From the NCBI GenBank assembly GCA_034431435.1, contig DAOUDG010000084.1, positions 78,591 to 142,590 of the forward strand: DNA of 64,000 nucleotides, given 5' to 3'. The position numbers were made by a program, and so were the translations under genes. Below, one piece after another: positions 1-12,176 of this stretch; the stretch's first letter is position 1; every line of letters begins with the position of its first letter. The notes beneath the pieces are model-generated. The model was not told the DNA's origin. It was given only the letters and a program-made list of their open reading frames with translations, and ran no database searches. This DNA comes from Anaerolineae bacterium (lineage in GTDB: Bacteria; Chloroflexota; Anaerolineae; Epilineales; JAHCIE01).

Positions 1-1
1 A

Positions 2-930
2 GCGTGGGACGCCGCCGGCCTGTATCAGGTGGGGAGCTTCATCGGGGATGCCTGGAAGGAGTGGAATGGCCGCTTCCGGGACGACACCCGCGACTTCTTC
101 CGTGCGGCGCACGGCTCGGTCGGCCGGTTCGCCGACCGGCTGGTCGGCAGCCCCAGCATCTATGGCCACGAGCATCGCGAAGTAGAGCAAAGCATCAACT
201 TCGTGGCCTGTCACGATGGGTTCACGCTCAACGATGTGGTGTCATACGAGCACAAGCACAACGAGGCGAACGGCGAAGACAACCGCGACGGCGGCGATGA
301 CAATCGTACCTGGAACTGCGGTGTCGAGGGGCCGACCGACGATCCGGCGATAGAGGAACTGCGTAACAGGCAAGTGAAGAACTTCCTGGCCGTGACGCTC
401 CTGGCGCTGGGCGTGCCCATGATCCTGATGGGCGACGAGGTGAGGCGCACCCAGTTGGGCAACAACAACGCCTACTGTCACGACGACGAGTCGACGTGGT
501 TCGACTGGTCGCTGCTGGACAAGCACCCGGATATCCAACGCTTCGTGAGCCTGCTCACGAAGCGGCGACTGCTGCGGGACGTGGCGCATGAAGAGCAGCG
601 GGTGAGCCTGAGCCGGTTGATTCAGCAGGCGCGCCAGGCCTGGCACGGGGTGCGGCTCGACCAGCCTGACTGGGGCGACGACTCCCACAGTATTGCCTTC
701 ACCGTGGTGATGGAGCGGGAGGGGCTGACCGTCCACTTCATCCTGAATGCGTACTGGGAGGCGCTCGACTTCGAACTGCCCGCCACGGGCGGTCAACCCT
801 GGCGGCGCTGGATCGACACGTCCCGCCCGCCGCCCGAAGACATCGTTGAGTGGCAGACGGCTACGCCGATTCCCAATGACAACTACCGGGCTGGCCCCCG
901 GTCCGTAGTCGTGCTGTATGCGGCCGTCGA

Positions 931-934
<4 letters not shown>
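2..934 (+). CDS. glgX: Glycogen debranching enzyme GlgX/TreX, C-terminal part (5' end lies outside the window)
   Basis: Translation (FVACHDGFTLNDVVSYEHKHNEANGEDNRDGGDDNRTWNCGVEG...ILMGDEVRRTQLGNNNAYCHDDE) matches the conserved C-terminal catalytic/C-domain of GH13 debranching enzymes. The ORF runs in from the window edge. Confidence 0.8.
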
Positions 935-3723
<2,789 letters not shown>

Positions 3724-3740
3724 CGGCCTGCAATGGCGCC

Positions 3741-6374
3741 ATGTCTGCACCCATTCTAGCCACCAAGCTCTACATTCCCACACCCCCGGCCAGGGTGGTG
3801 CGCCGCCCGCGGCTGGTCGCGCGGCTGAACGAGGGCGTGCGCCACAAGCTGACCCTGGTCTCAGCCCCGGCCGGCTTCGGCAAGACGACCCTAGTCAGCG
3901 AGTGGGTTGCCGAGGCCGAGCGGCCGGTCGCCTGGCTGTCGCTAGACGGCGGGGACAACGACCCCGCCCGCTTCCTGGCTTACCTCGTAGCGGCCCTGCA
4001 AACCGTCACCCCGAAGGTGGGCGACAGGGTATTGCCCGTCCTCGAGTCCCCTCAGCCGCCACCGACCGAGTGGATGCTGACCACGTTGCTCAACGAAGTC
4101 GCCGCTCTCGCCGTTGAACTCGTCCTGGTCCTCGATGACTACCACGTCATCGAGGCGAAACCGGTGGACGAGGCCCTCCGTTTCCTGGTGACTCACCTGC
4201 CACCCCAGATGCGCCTGGTCATCGCCACCCGGGAGGATCCGCCGCTACCCCTGGCGCGGCTACGCGCCAGGGGCGAATTGACCGAAGTACGCGCCGCCGA
4301 CTTACGCTTTACCCCCGCCGAGGCCGCCCACTTCCTCAATGGGGCGATGGGTCTCGACCTCACGGCGGAGGACATCGCCGCGCTGGAGACTCGCACCGAG
4401 GGCTGGATCGCTGGCCTGCAACTGGCCGCGCTTTCGATGCAGGGTCACGACGACCCGGCCCGCTTCATCGAGTCCTTCACGGGCAGCCACCACTTCATCC
4501 AGGACTATCTCATCGAGGAGGTCTTGCAGCAGCAGCCCGACAACGTGCAGACGTTTCTGCTGCGCACCTCGATTCTCGACCGCCTGTGCGGCCCGCTGTG
4601 CGCCGCCGTCCTGAGTAGCGCCGCGACCGCCGCCCAGGACACCCTGGAATCCCTCGACCAGGCCAACCTCTTCGTCATCCCCCTGGACGACGAGCGTCGC
4701 TGGTACCGCTATCATCACCTGTTCCGGGAACTGCTGCGCCAGCGCCTCGGCCAGACCGGGGCAGACGTGGTAGAGTTGCACACCCACGCCAGCCAGTGGT
4801 ACGAGGACAATGGCCTGGCGATTGAGGCCTTCCACCACGCGGCGGCCGCCAATGATGTCGAGCGCGCGGAGCGGCTCATCAGCGGCGACGGGATTCCCCG
4901 CCACCTTCGCGGCGCGGTGACAGCCATCCTATCCTGGCTGTCATCGTTGCCCAAGAGCGTGTTGGACGCTCGGCCGGGGCTGTGGTGGCGCTATGCCTCG
5001 CTGCTGCTGGTCAGCGGTCAGACGACGGGGGTGGAAGAGAAACTCCAGGCGGCATTGGCTGCCCTGGGAAACGCGGCGGAGGACGCCGAGACCCGCGCCC
5101 TGGTCGGCCGCATCGCCACCGCACGGGGCGTGCTGGCTCTCACGCGCTACGATGTCGACGCCATGCTGACCCAGTCGCGCCTCGCCCTGGCGCACCTGCC
5201 CCCCGAAGACCTGACACAGCGAGCAAACGCGACCTGGATGCAGGGGCAGGCCTACCTGTGGCGAGGGGATCGAGGGGCGGCCCGCCAGGCCCTGACGGAT
5301 GCCGTATCCCTCGGCCAGGCGGCTGGCAGTGTCTTTGTCACCATGCTGGCAACCATCGTCCTGGGACACGTCCAGGAACTGGAAAACGACCTGCATCGAG
5401 CCGCCGACACGTACCAGCGCGCCTTGCAGATGGCCGGCGATCAGCCGCTGCAAATTGTCAACGAGGCGCATCTGGGCCTGGCCCGCATCCTCTACGAGTG
5501 GAACGACCTGGCGGCCGCCGAGGAACACGGGCGGCAAAGCCTGGACCTGGCGCGGCAGTACGACGCGGTTATCGACCGCTTCATCGTCTGCCAGGTGTTC
5601 CTGGCTCGGGTGCGCCTGGCCCAGGGCGATGTCGCGGGGGCCGCCGCGATGTTGGCCCAGGCCGCCCACGAGGCGCGCCAACGCAACTTCGTGCACCGTA
5701 TCCCCGATGTGGCCGCCGCCCAGGTGGCGGTCTTGCTGCGCCAGGGCGAACTGGCGGCAGCGGCGCGGCTTGTCGAGGCCCACGACCTCCCCATGAGCCG
5801 CGCCAGGGTGTCCCTGGCCCAGGGCGACCCGTCGGCCGCCCTCACGACCCTGGAACCGCTGCGCCGCCACGCCGAGAGCATGGGCTGGGCGGATGAGCGG
5901 CTCCAGGTCGCGGTCCTCCAGGCCGTTGCTCTGGATGCGCAGGGCGACCGGGACGCGGCGGTACGGACCCTCGATGACGCGCTGGCGCTGGCCGAGGCGG
6001 GCGGTTTCATCCGCATCTTTGTCGACGAAGGCCCCCCGATGGCCCAACTTCTGTTCGCGGCGGCGGCGCGGGGCAGCGCGCCGGAGTACGTTGGCCGACT
6101 TCGGGCCGCCTTCGCGACCGGCCAGCGAGCGACTGAACCGCCTGCCCCTCGTCTCCCCGCCTCCCCCGCCCACCCCCTGGCGGAGCCGTTGAGCGAACGC
6201 GAGCTAGAGGTACTCCGCCTCGTCGCCGAGGGCCTCTCCAATCGCGAGATTGGCGAGCGGTTGTTCCTCGCCTTGAATACGGTCAAGGGCTACAACCGGG
6301 TTATCTTCGAGAAGTTGCAGGTCGCAAGGCGGACCGAAGCGGTAGCCCGGGCACGCGAACTCGGCCTGCTATGA
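3741..6374 (+). CDS. LuxR-family large ATP-binding (LAL/MalT-like) transcriptional regulator
   Basis: N-terminal 'KLYIPTPP...LVSAPAGFGKTTL' P-loop NTPase typical of MalT/LAL regulators. TPR-like middle region. C-terminal LuxR HTH (LSERELEVLRLVAEGLSNREIGERLFLALNTVKGY). Confidence 0.85.
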   Translation: MSAPILATKLYIPTPPARVVRRPRLVARLNEGVRHKLTLVSAPAGFGKTTLVSEWVAEAERPVAWLSLDGGDNDPARFLAYLVAALQTVTPKVGDRVLPVLESPQPPPTEWMLTTLLNEVAALAVELVLVLDDYHVIEAKPVDEALRFLVTHLPPQMRLVIATREDPPLPLARLRARGELTEVRAADLRFTPAEAAHFLNGAMGLDLTAEDIAALETRTEGWIAGLQLAALSMQGHDDPARFIESFTGSHHFIQDYLIEEVLQQQPDNVQTFLLRTSILDRLCGPLCAAVLSSAATAAQDTLESLDQANLFVIPLDDERRWYRYHHLFRELLRQRLGQTGADVVELHTHASQWYEDNGLAIEAFHHAAAANDVERAERLISGDGIPRHLRGAVTAILSWLSSLPKSVLDARPGLWWRYASLLLVSGQTTGVEEKLQAALAALGNAAEDAETRALVGRIATARGVLALTRYDVDAMLTQSRLALAHLPPEDLTQRANATWMQGQAYLWRGDRGAARQALTDAVSLGQAAGSVFVTMLATIVLGHVQELENDLHRAADTYQRALQMAGDQPLQIVNEAHLGLARILYEWNDLAAAEEHGRQSLDLARQYDAVIDRFIVCQVFLARVRLAQGDVAGAAAMLAQAAHEARQRNFVHRIPDVAAAQVAVLLRQGELAAAARLVEAHDLPMSRARVSLAQGDPSAALTTLEPLRRHAESMGWADERLQVAVLQAVALDAQGDRDAAVRTLDDALALAEAGGFIRIFVDEGPPMAQLLFAAAARGSAPEYVGRLRAAFATGQRATEPPAPRLPASPAHPLAEPLSERELEVLRLVAEGLSNREIGERLFLALNTVKGYNRVIFEKLQVARRTEAVARARELGLL

Positions 6375-6499
6375 CAATCGCTCGCTAAAGCCCCCACAAC
6401 AACACCCTCAATTGATACTTTGGTGTCTTCACGGGCACACCTTTCCGGCGATACGATGTCCGCGGACTTCGGTACAATCGCTGGGAGGAGCAATGACCG

Positions 6500-6658
6500 A
6501 TGAAGCCAAGACGGCTCGGTGGCCTGTCAGCCCTGATCCTCGCCGCGGCCTACGTGGCGGGCGCGGCGAGGATTCCTTGGCGACGGCCCAAGCACGGCGC
6601 GGATTCGCGGCAAGTCCCAGCCCATGATGAGAGAGTAGAGATAAGGAGTGTCAGATGA
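6500..6658 (+). CDS. Small ORF (52 aa), hydrophobic N-terminus, hypothetical small membrane/secreted peptide
   Basis: ATG at 6500 preceded by GGGAGGAG 9 nt upstream. Product is MKPRRLGGLSALILAAAYVAGAARIPWRRPKHGADSRQVPAHDERVEIRSVR. Its TGA overlaps the ATG of the next gene (AGATGAAC). Below the 60-aa cutoff of the ORF track. Confidence 0.3.
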   Translation: MKPRRLGGLSALILAAAYVAGAARIPWRRPKHGADSRQVPAHDERVEIRSVR

Positions 6659-7152
6659 ACACCAGGCACACGAGTGCAGGCTTCGAGCGCCGACGAATGG
6701 TGCTCTCAACGCTGTGGATCTTCGCGGTCCTCAACTACATCTACGCGGACATCTACACACTGTTCTTCAATCCGGTCTTGCAGCCGGAGGTGACCAAGAG
6801 GTTCGCCGAGGGCTACGTGGGGGACATTCAGATTACGCAAGGGTTCGTTCTGGTGACGGCGATCCTGATGGAGACGGCCATTGCCATGGTACTGCTGTCC
6901 CGCGTGTTACCCTATCGCGCCAACCGCTGGGCGAACATCCTGTCGGGCGGGCTACATACCTTGTTCGTCGCGTGGTCGCTGCTCGGCGACACGCCGACTG
7001 CCTTCTATGCAATGTTCGCAGCGATCGAGATCGCCTGCACCCTGTTCATCGTGTGGTATGCCTGGAGGTGGCCCGTCGTTGCTGACCAGCCGGAGGGATT
7101 TCACGCCATCCAGGACAACCCGCAGGGCAGCGCTTCGGTGTCTGGCGATTAG
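6655..7152 (+). CDS. Hypothetical integral membrane protein (DUF6326-like, 4 TM)
   Basis: AAGGAG RBS 6 nt upstream of the ATG. 165 aa with four hydrophobic helices (LSTLWIFAVLNYIYADIYTLF...). Confidence 0.6.
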   Translation: MNTRHTSAGFERRRMVLSTLWIFAVLNYIYADIYTLFFNPVLQPEVTKRFAEGYVGDIQITQGFVLVTAILMETAIAMVLLSRVLPYRANRWANILSGGLHTLFVAWSLLGDTPTAFYAMFAAIEIACTLFIVWYAWRWPVVADQPEGFHAIQDNPQGSASVSGD

Positions 7153-7230
7153 CGCCGACCTGCCGATATGCTACTCGTGGTTGAGCAGGCGACGACAGCC
7201 ATGATCGCCTGACGCCGCTGGGACAGGCAT

Positions 7231-7503
7231 ATGCTGAACGAACTCTCTCCCAAACGCGACTCAGATGGGCCGATGGTCTATCAGATCCGCCTCGAGGGCC
7301 ATCTGGGGCCGCAATGGGCCGACTGGTTCGAGGGCCTGATCATCACCGGCGACGATGGCGACACGCTGCTGACCGGCCCCGTCGTCGATCAGGCTGCGCT
7401 GCACGGGCTGCTGCGAAAAGTGCGCGATCTGGGGCTGGCCCTGGTGTCGATCCATCGCATCCCATCAGCGGAACAGCCCCGCCACAAGGAGGCGGACCAA
7501 TGA
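7231..7503 (+). CDS. Hypothetical small protein (90 aa)
   Basis: ORF with plausible codon usage (MVYQIRLEGHLGPQWADWFEGL...DQAALHGLLRKVRDLGLALVSI). No recognised function. Confidence 0.45.
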   Translation: MLNELSPKRDSDGPMVYQIRLEGHLGPQWADWFEGLIITGDDGDTLLTGPVVDQAALHGLLRKVRDLGLALVSIHRIPSAEQPRHKEADQ

Positions 7504-7583
7504 CTGCCACAGAATCAAACTCGATATCGTCGTTGGGGACCATTCGAGCCTTTCTGCGTGAAGGGACCTGATCAGAAGCCATC

Positions 7584-8348
7584 ATGAGCGTCGTTGACGC
7601 TGCCTTCGAGCGCCCGTTGAAGACCGAGGAGGAAGCCGCCACGCCCCTGGCGGGCGGTCTCCTGGGAAACGGGTACCAGTGCGGCATGCTGTGGGGGGCT
7701 ACCCTGGCGGCGGGGGCGGAGACCTACCGCCGACTTGGTCCCGGTCCGCAGGCCGAGGCCACGGCGGTTATGACAGCTCAACGCCTCGTCGACGCCTTCC
7801 GTGCCCGTGCCCGGCATGTCGACTGCTCCGATATCACCGAAGTCGAATGGAAGACGGCAACGAAGGGCCAGATGGTCAGGTTCGTTGCCAGGGGCGGGCC
7901 GATTGGCTGCTTCCGGCTGGCTGCCGACTATGCCCCACTGGCATTCAACGCGGCCAATGCCGCCCTCGCCGAGCCTCCCAGCGCGGCGCCCGTCCCCCCC
8001 GTGAGCTGCGCCGCGCAGCTCGCGCAAGCAATGGGCGCGTCCGATTTGCATACGGTCATGGCGGCGGGGCTGGCAGGCGGCATTGGCCTGTGCGGCGCGG
8101 CGTGCGGCGCGCTGGGCGCGGCGATCTGGCTGACGGGGATGGCCCGGCCGGAGGCGGGCGGCACGCTCGACTACAGCAACCCGGCCTATACCCGGCTCGT
8201 CGAGCGGTTTCTCGAAGCCTCGGACTACGAGTTCGAATGCGCCGCCATCGTCGGCCGCCAGTTTGAGAACGTCGCGGACCACGCGGCGTATCTGCGCCAG
8301 GGGGGCTGCTCAAGAATCATAGCCGCCTTGGCTCGTCAGGAAGGATAG
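7584..8348 (+). CDS. C_GCAxxG_C_C family putative redox-active protein
   Basis: Two motif blocks typical of the family: GNGYQCGMLWGATLAAG and GGIGLCGAACGALGAAIWL. 254 aa. Confidence 0.7.
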   Translation: MSVVDAAFERPLKTEEEAATPLAGGLLGNGYQCGMLWGATLAAGAETYRRLGPGPQAEATAVMTAQRLVDAFRARARHVDCSDITEVEWKTATKGQMVRFVARGGPIGCFRLAADYAPLAFNAANAALAEPPSAAPVPPVSCAAQLAQAMGASDLHTVMAAGLAGGIGLCGAACGALGAAIWLTGMARPEAGGTLDYSNPAYTRLVERFLEASDYEFECAAIVGRQFENVADHAAYLRQGGCSRIIAALARQEG

Positions 8349-8351
8349 ACC

Positions 8352-9086
8352 ATGAACGCGCATCGCCGAACGGCGATTCTCGTCGGAGTGTTGTACATCA
8401 TCGGGACCGTTGCCGGCGTCCTGAGTATTGTTGTTGCCGGGCCTATGGTAGGCGGCCCGTCTCACGCGGAGCCAGACTACCTGGCTAAGATCGCTGGTCA
8501 AGAGACCCAGCTCATCATGGGCGCCCTGTTCCTGCTGACGATGGGTCTGGCCCTGGCGATGATTCCGGCCGTCGCGTTTCCCCTCCTGAAGGGAGCGAAC
8601 GAGGTTCTCGCGCTGGGCTATGTGGTCTTCCGGGGCGCGTTGGAGACGAGCATCACCATTGGCACGGCTGTCTGCTGGCTCCTGCTCCTGCCTGTCGCAC
8701 AGGGGCTTGCTGGCGGAGGAGTGACGAGCGTGTCCTACTATCACTCCACCGGCGCCCTCGTGCTGGAAGCATCCAGCATGCTGGGTGCAATGCTGGCGAT
8801 CGTTTTTCCCCTGGGAGCGCTGATGTTCTACGCGCTACTGTATCAGTCGAGGCTGGTCCCTCGCTGGCTGTCTGGGTGGGGTCTCGTGGCAGCCATTCCG
8901 TACCTCGGAGCCGGCCTTCTCAGCCTGTTCGGCATCGTCACGTCCAGTTCTGCCAGCTATAGCATCCTGGTCGTTCCCATGCTGGTCCAGGAGATGGTTC
9001 TCGCAGCATGGTTGATTGTCAAGGGCTTTAGCCCCCTGGCCCTGGCCTCCCGGCCACCACTTCAGGTCGAGCTTGTAGCGAGCTAG
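8352..9086 (+). CDS. DUF4386-like integral membrane protein
   Basis: 244 aa with about six TM helices. N-terminus RRTAILVGVLYIIGTVAGVL is typical of DUF4386. Confidence 0.6.
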   Translation: MNAHRRTAILVGVLYIIGTVAGVLSIVVAGPMVGGPSHAEPDYLAKIAGQETQLIMGALFLLTMGLALAMIPAVAFPLLKGANEVLALGYVVFRGALETSITIGTAVCWLLLLPVAQGLAGGGVTSVSYYHSTGALVLEASSMLGAMLAIVFPLGALMFYALLYQSRLVPRWLSGWGLVAAIPYLGAGLLSLFGIVTSSSASYSILVVPMLVQEMVLAAWLIVKGFSPLALASRPPLQVELVAS

Positions 9087-9111
9087 TGGCTCGCCCCAGA
9101 AAAGGACACCC

Positions 9112-10083
9112 ATGAAAGCAATCGTGATCTCCGGATACGGCCCGCCCGAGCGACTCCAGTTGCGGGACGTGAACAAGCCCACGCCGGGGGACGGTGAAGT
9201 CGTGCTCAAGGTCCACGCGGCGTCGCTCAATGCGGCCGACGTTCATCTTCTCACGGCCGACATCGTCCTGGTCCGCCTGTACGCCGGGCTGCTGAAGCCG
9301 AAGTTTAGCATCTGCGGCGCGGATGTCGCAGGGCGCGTCGAGGCCGTCGGCAACGGCGTGACGCGCTTCCAGCCAGGTGACGAGGTGGTCGGCGACATAT
9401 CGGGGTCGGGCTTCGGTGGCCTGGCGGAGTACGCCCGCGCCCGCGACGATGTGTTGGTCCCCAAGCCGGCTAACCTGTCCTTCGCGATGGCCGCCGCCAT
9501 CCCCCTGGCGGCGACGACGGCCCTGCAAGGCCTGCGTGACCAGGGCGGGCTTCAGGCGGGGCAGAAGGTGCTCATCAGCGGCGCGTCAGGCGGCGTGGGC
9601 ACGTTCGCCGTGCAGATTGCGAAGGCTCTCGGCGCGGACGTCACGGCCGTGTGCAGCACGCGCAACCTGGACATGGTGCGCGAGTTGGGCGCTGACCACG
9701 TCATCGACTACACCCGCGAGGACTTTACCCAGAATGGGCAGCAGTATGACCTGATTCTCGCCGTCAACGGCTACCATTCCCTGTCCGACTACCAGCGCGC
9801 CCTCACGCCCAACGGGGTCTATGTCATGGCCGGTGGCACGGGACGGCAGATACTGGAAGCGATGACCCTGGGCCGGCTGCGTTCCAGGAGCGCGGGCGCC
9901 AGGTTCGTGGTCCTGACGGCCAGGCCAAGCCAGAAGGACCTGGCGTTCATCCTGGACCTGGTAGAGGCGGGCAAGGTCACACCGGTCATCGACCGCAGCT
10001 ACCCTCTCGACCAGACGGCCGATGCCTTCCGCTACCTGATTGAGGAGCACGCCAGAGGCAAGGTTGTCATTACACTAGACTAA
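9112..10083 (+). CDS. NADPH:quinone oxidoreductase / zinc-binding alcohol dehydrogenase family (MDR superfamily)
   Basis: MKAIVISGYGPPERLQL...GEVVLKVHAASLNAAD...ISGASGGVGTFAVQIAKALGA: MDR Rossmann GxGxxG and QOR-like N-terminus. Confidence 0.85.
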   Translation: MKAIVISGYGPPERLQLRDVNKPTPGDGEVVLKVHAASLNAADVHLLTADIVLVRLYAGLLKPKFSICGADVAGRVEAVGNGVTRFQPGDEVVGDISGSGFGGLAEYARARDDVLVPKPANLSFAMAAAIPLAATTALQGLRDQGGLQAGQKVLISGASGGVGTFAVQIAKALGADVTAVCSTRNLDMVRELGADHVIDYTREDFTQNGQQYDLILAVNGYHSLSDYQRALTPNGVYVMAGGTGRQILEAMTLGRLRSRSAGARFVVLTARPSQKDLAFILDLVEAGKVTPVIDRSYPLDQTADAFRYLIEEHARGKVVITLD

Positions 10084-10119
10084 GGCGGCTTGGGAGAGAC
10101 CCGAGCCTGGGGAGGCGAA

Positions 10120-11115
10120 ATGAACGCAACGGTGTATACACAGTACGGACCACCCGAGGTGCTTCACTGCCAGGCAGTAGCCACGCCCCTGCCCACGGAC
10201 AACGAGATACAGGTGCGGGTCAGCGCCGCGTCCGTCAACTACGGGGACATCCTCGCCCGTGACTTCGGGAACCTCTCCCCGCGTGAGTTCAACATGCCCA
10301 TGCTGCTGTGGCTGCCGGCGCGGCTGAGCTTCGGGGTCCGCACGCCCCGCAAGCCCATCCTGGGCAACGAGTTTGCGGGGACCGTCGCGGCCGTGGGGGC
10401 CAGCGTCAGCCGCTTCAGGGTGGGCGATCGCGTGTTTGGCTATCTAGGCCCGCGCATGGGCGCGTACGCCGAGTACCTCTGTCTGCCCGAAGACGGAGCG
10501 GTCGCCCTGACGCCGCGCACCATGACCGACGCGGAAGCGGCGACCGTGCCCTACGGGGCATTGATGGCGTTGGGGCTACTGCGCAAAGTGGGCATCCAGC
10601 CAGGCCAGCGGGTGCTAGTCAATGGGGCCAGTGGTGGGATCGGGTCAGCCGCCGTCCAGCTCGCCAAGTACTGGGGCGCGGAGGTCACCGGCGTATGCAG
10701 CGCGCCCCGGCTGGCGATGGTGAAAGCCCTGGGGGCGGACAGAGTCATCGACTACACCCGCCAGGACTTCACGCAGCAGAACGAGACCTACGATCTCATC
10801 TTTGATGTGCTGGGGCGGAGTTCGTTTGCCCGCTGCAAGCGCGTGCTGACGGCGAACGGCGTCTATCTGCTGGCCAGCTTCAAGTCGAGGCAGCTCGGCG
10901 AGATGCTCTGGACCTCCGTCGCGGACTCTCAGAAAGTCGTGTGTGTGCTGGCCAGCGAGAAGGCCGACGATCTGGACTTCATCAGGCAACTCATCGAGGC
11001 CGGGAAGTACAGGGCCATCGTCGATCGCTGTTTTCCCCTGGCACAGGCCGCCGAGGCTCACAGGTACGTGGAGGATGGACATAAGCAGGGAGCCGTCGTC
11101 ATCACGATGGGCTGA
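10120..11115 (+). CDS. NADPH:quinone oxidoreductase / MDR family paralog
   Basis: MNATVYTQYGPPEVLH...VNGASGGIGSAAVQLAKYWGA. Paralog of the preceding gene. ORF opens at 10090 but the ATG at 10120 gives the canonical N-terminus. Confidence 0.8.
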   Translation: MNATVYTQYGPPEVLHCQAVATPLPTDNEIQVRVSAASVNYGDILARDFGNLSPREFNMPMLLWLPARLSFGVRTPRKPILGNEFAGTVAAVGASVSRFRVGDRVFGYLGPRMGAYAEYLCLPEDGAVALTPRTMTDAEAATVPYGALMALGLLRKVGIQPGQRVLVNGASGGIGSAAVQLAKYWGAEVTGVCSAPRLAMVKALGADRVIDYTRQDFTQQNETYDLIFDVLGRSSFARCKRVLTANGVYLLASFKSRQLGEMLWTSVADSQKVVCVLASEKADDLDFIRQLIEAGKYRAIVDRCFPLAQAAEAHRYVEDGHKQGAVVITMG

Positions 11116-11116
11116 C

Positions 11117-11143
11117 GCCCCCCGTGCGCGAAACGGGGGCTTG
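11117..11143 (+). terminator. GC-rich hairpin directly after the oxidoreductase stop (putative terminator)
   Basis: gccccccg-tgcgcgaaa-cgggggc immediately 3' of the TGA at 11113-11115. Only a weak T-tract (ttgtcg). Confidence 0.3.
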
Positions 11144-11288
11144 TCGCGCCCCGATGATGAAACCGCGCGGACGCAACCAGGCTTGGCGCAGCCGTCGGCG
11201 TCCCCCTATGACCATGATACCCCTCTAGGCGGGGTGTCCAATGGAGAACCGTTCACCCAACGGGAAGCTTAGGGGCGTGATGGCTGAC

Positions 11289-12077
11289 TCACCGGAAGTA
11301 GACGCGGCGACCCGTCAGGCGGCTGATCACCTGATGCAAGACGTAGATGACCACGCCGATTACCAGATCGATGACCAGGGTGAGGGTGAACGCAAACAGT
11401 AGCGTGTCGAGGGTGCGGCGAACCGCAGCCAGTAGCTCCGGCGGCGGCTGGCGGACGCCCGTCAGGATGACGACGATGGTAGCCAGGGCGATGAGGTAGA
11501 GGGCGGCCGCCCACCAGTCGCGCCGGTCGGACGCGCTCGGCATCAGGCTGTTGCTGATGCTAAACGTCAGGTACAGCCACAGCCAGGCGTCAGCCACGCG
11601 GAACAGGTCCGCCAGGTGGGTGACGACGGCGGTGATGATGCTCGTCGGCGGCAGATCGACCGCGAGCGCCTGGCGAAAGCCATAGTTGCCGATGAGGACA
11701 ATCGCGGCGGTGCCGAAGATAAACGGGGCGACACCAATCAGGCTGGCGCGAATCGGGTCGGTCTTGCCAATCATCACGTAACCCATCGTCACCTGCACCT
11801 GCTGGCCGCGAGTGACATGGCGCGACGGCCCCAGCGAGAACTGACCCGTGGGGACGAACAGCAGCTTGGCGGTCAACCAGTGGCTAAACTCGTGGAGGAA
11901 GATGCCCGGCGCGAGCACGAGGAAACGCAGCCAGATGGCGCGGTAGTCGCTGCCCAGGGTGATGACGCCCAGCGCGTGCAGGTGAATCATCACCCAGCGC
12001 TTGAGCAACGTGACAGGGACCATGAGCAGCCCCAGCCATAGCAGGCTGGTCCAAAGATCGGGCATGGCGGGCGTCAT
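11289..12077 (-). CDS. Integral membrane protein with intramembrane HExxH motif (putative membrane-embedded zinc metalloprotease-like, DUF3267-like)
   Basis: 262 aa, multiple TM helices, HEFSHWLTAKLL (HExxH) inside a hydrophobic segment. Confidence 0.55.
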   Translation of the reverse strand: MTPAMPDLWTSLLWLGLLMVPVTLLKRWVMIHLHALGVITLGSDYRAIWLRFLVLAPGIFLHEFSHWLTAKLLFVPTGQFSLGPSRHVTRGQQVQVTMGYVMIGKTDPIRASLIGVAPFIFGTAAIVLIGNYGFRQALAVDLPPTSIITAVVTHLADLFRVADAWLWLYLTFSISNSLMPSASDRRDWWAAALYLIALATIVVILTGVRQPPPELLAAVRRTLDTLLFAFTLTLVIDLVIGVVIYVLHQVISRLTGRRVYFR

Positions 12078-12093
12078 CAGCCAGTGGTGCTCA

Positions 12094-12163
12094 TTGGTAC
12101 GGCGGGACCAGGGACGGAGGACGAAGGACCACTAGCGACCAGCCCTTTGGTCCTTCGTCCCTG
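12094..12163. repeat. Long imperfect inverted repeat / hairpin (GGACCAGGGAC...GAAGGACCA : TGGTCCTTCGTCCCTGGTCC), member of a short intergenic repeat family
   Basis: About 24-bp stem with a 16-nt loop between the tpiA stop (12177, minus) and the start of 11289..12077. A degenerate copy sits at 60576-60645 after pcrA. Confidence 0.55.
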
Positions 12164-12176
12164 GTCCCTGGTCATC

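Noticed and set aside
4941-6173. Long ORFs (4941-6173 minus, 4982-5896 plus, 5492-6286 minus) overlapping the LuxR/LAL regulator gene
   Set aside because: They lie antisense to or frame-shifted from a well-supported 877-aa gene. Products are low-complexity R/G/A/P-rich, typical of alternative frames in about 70% GC DNA.
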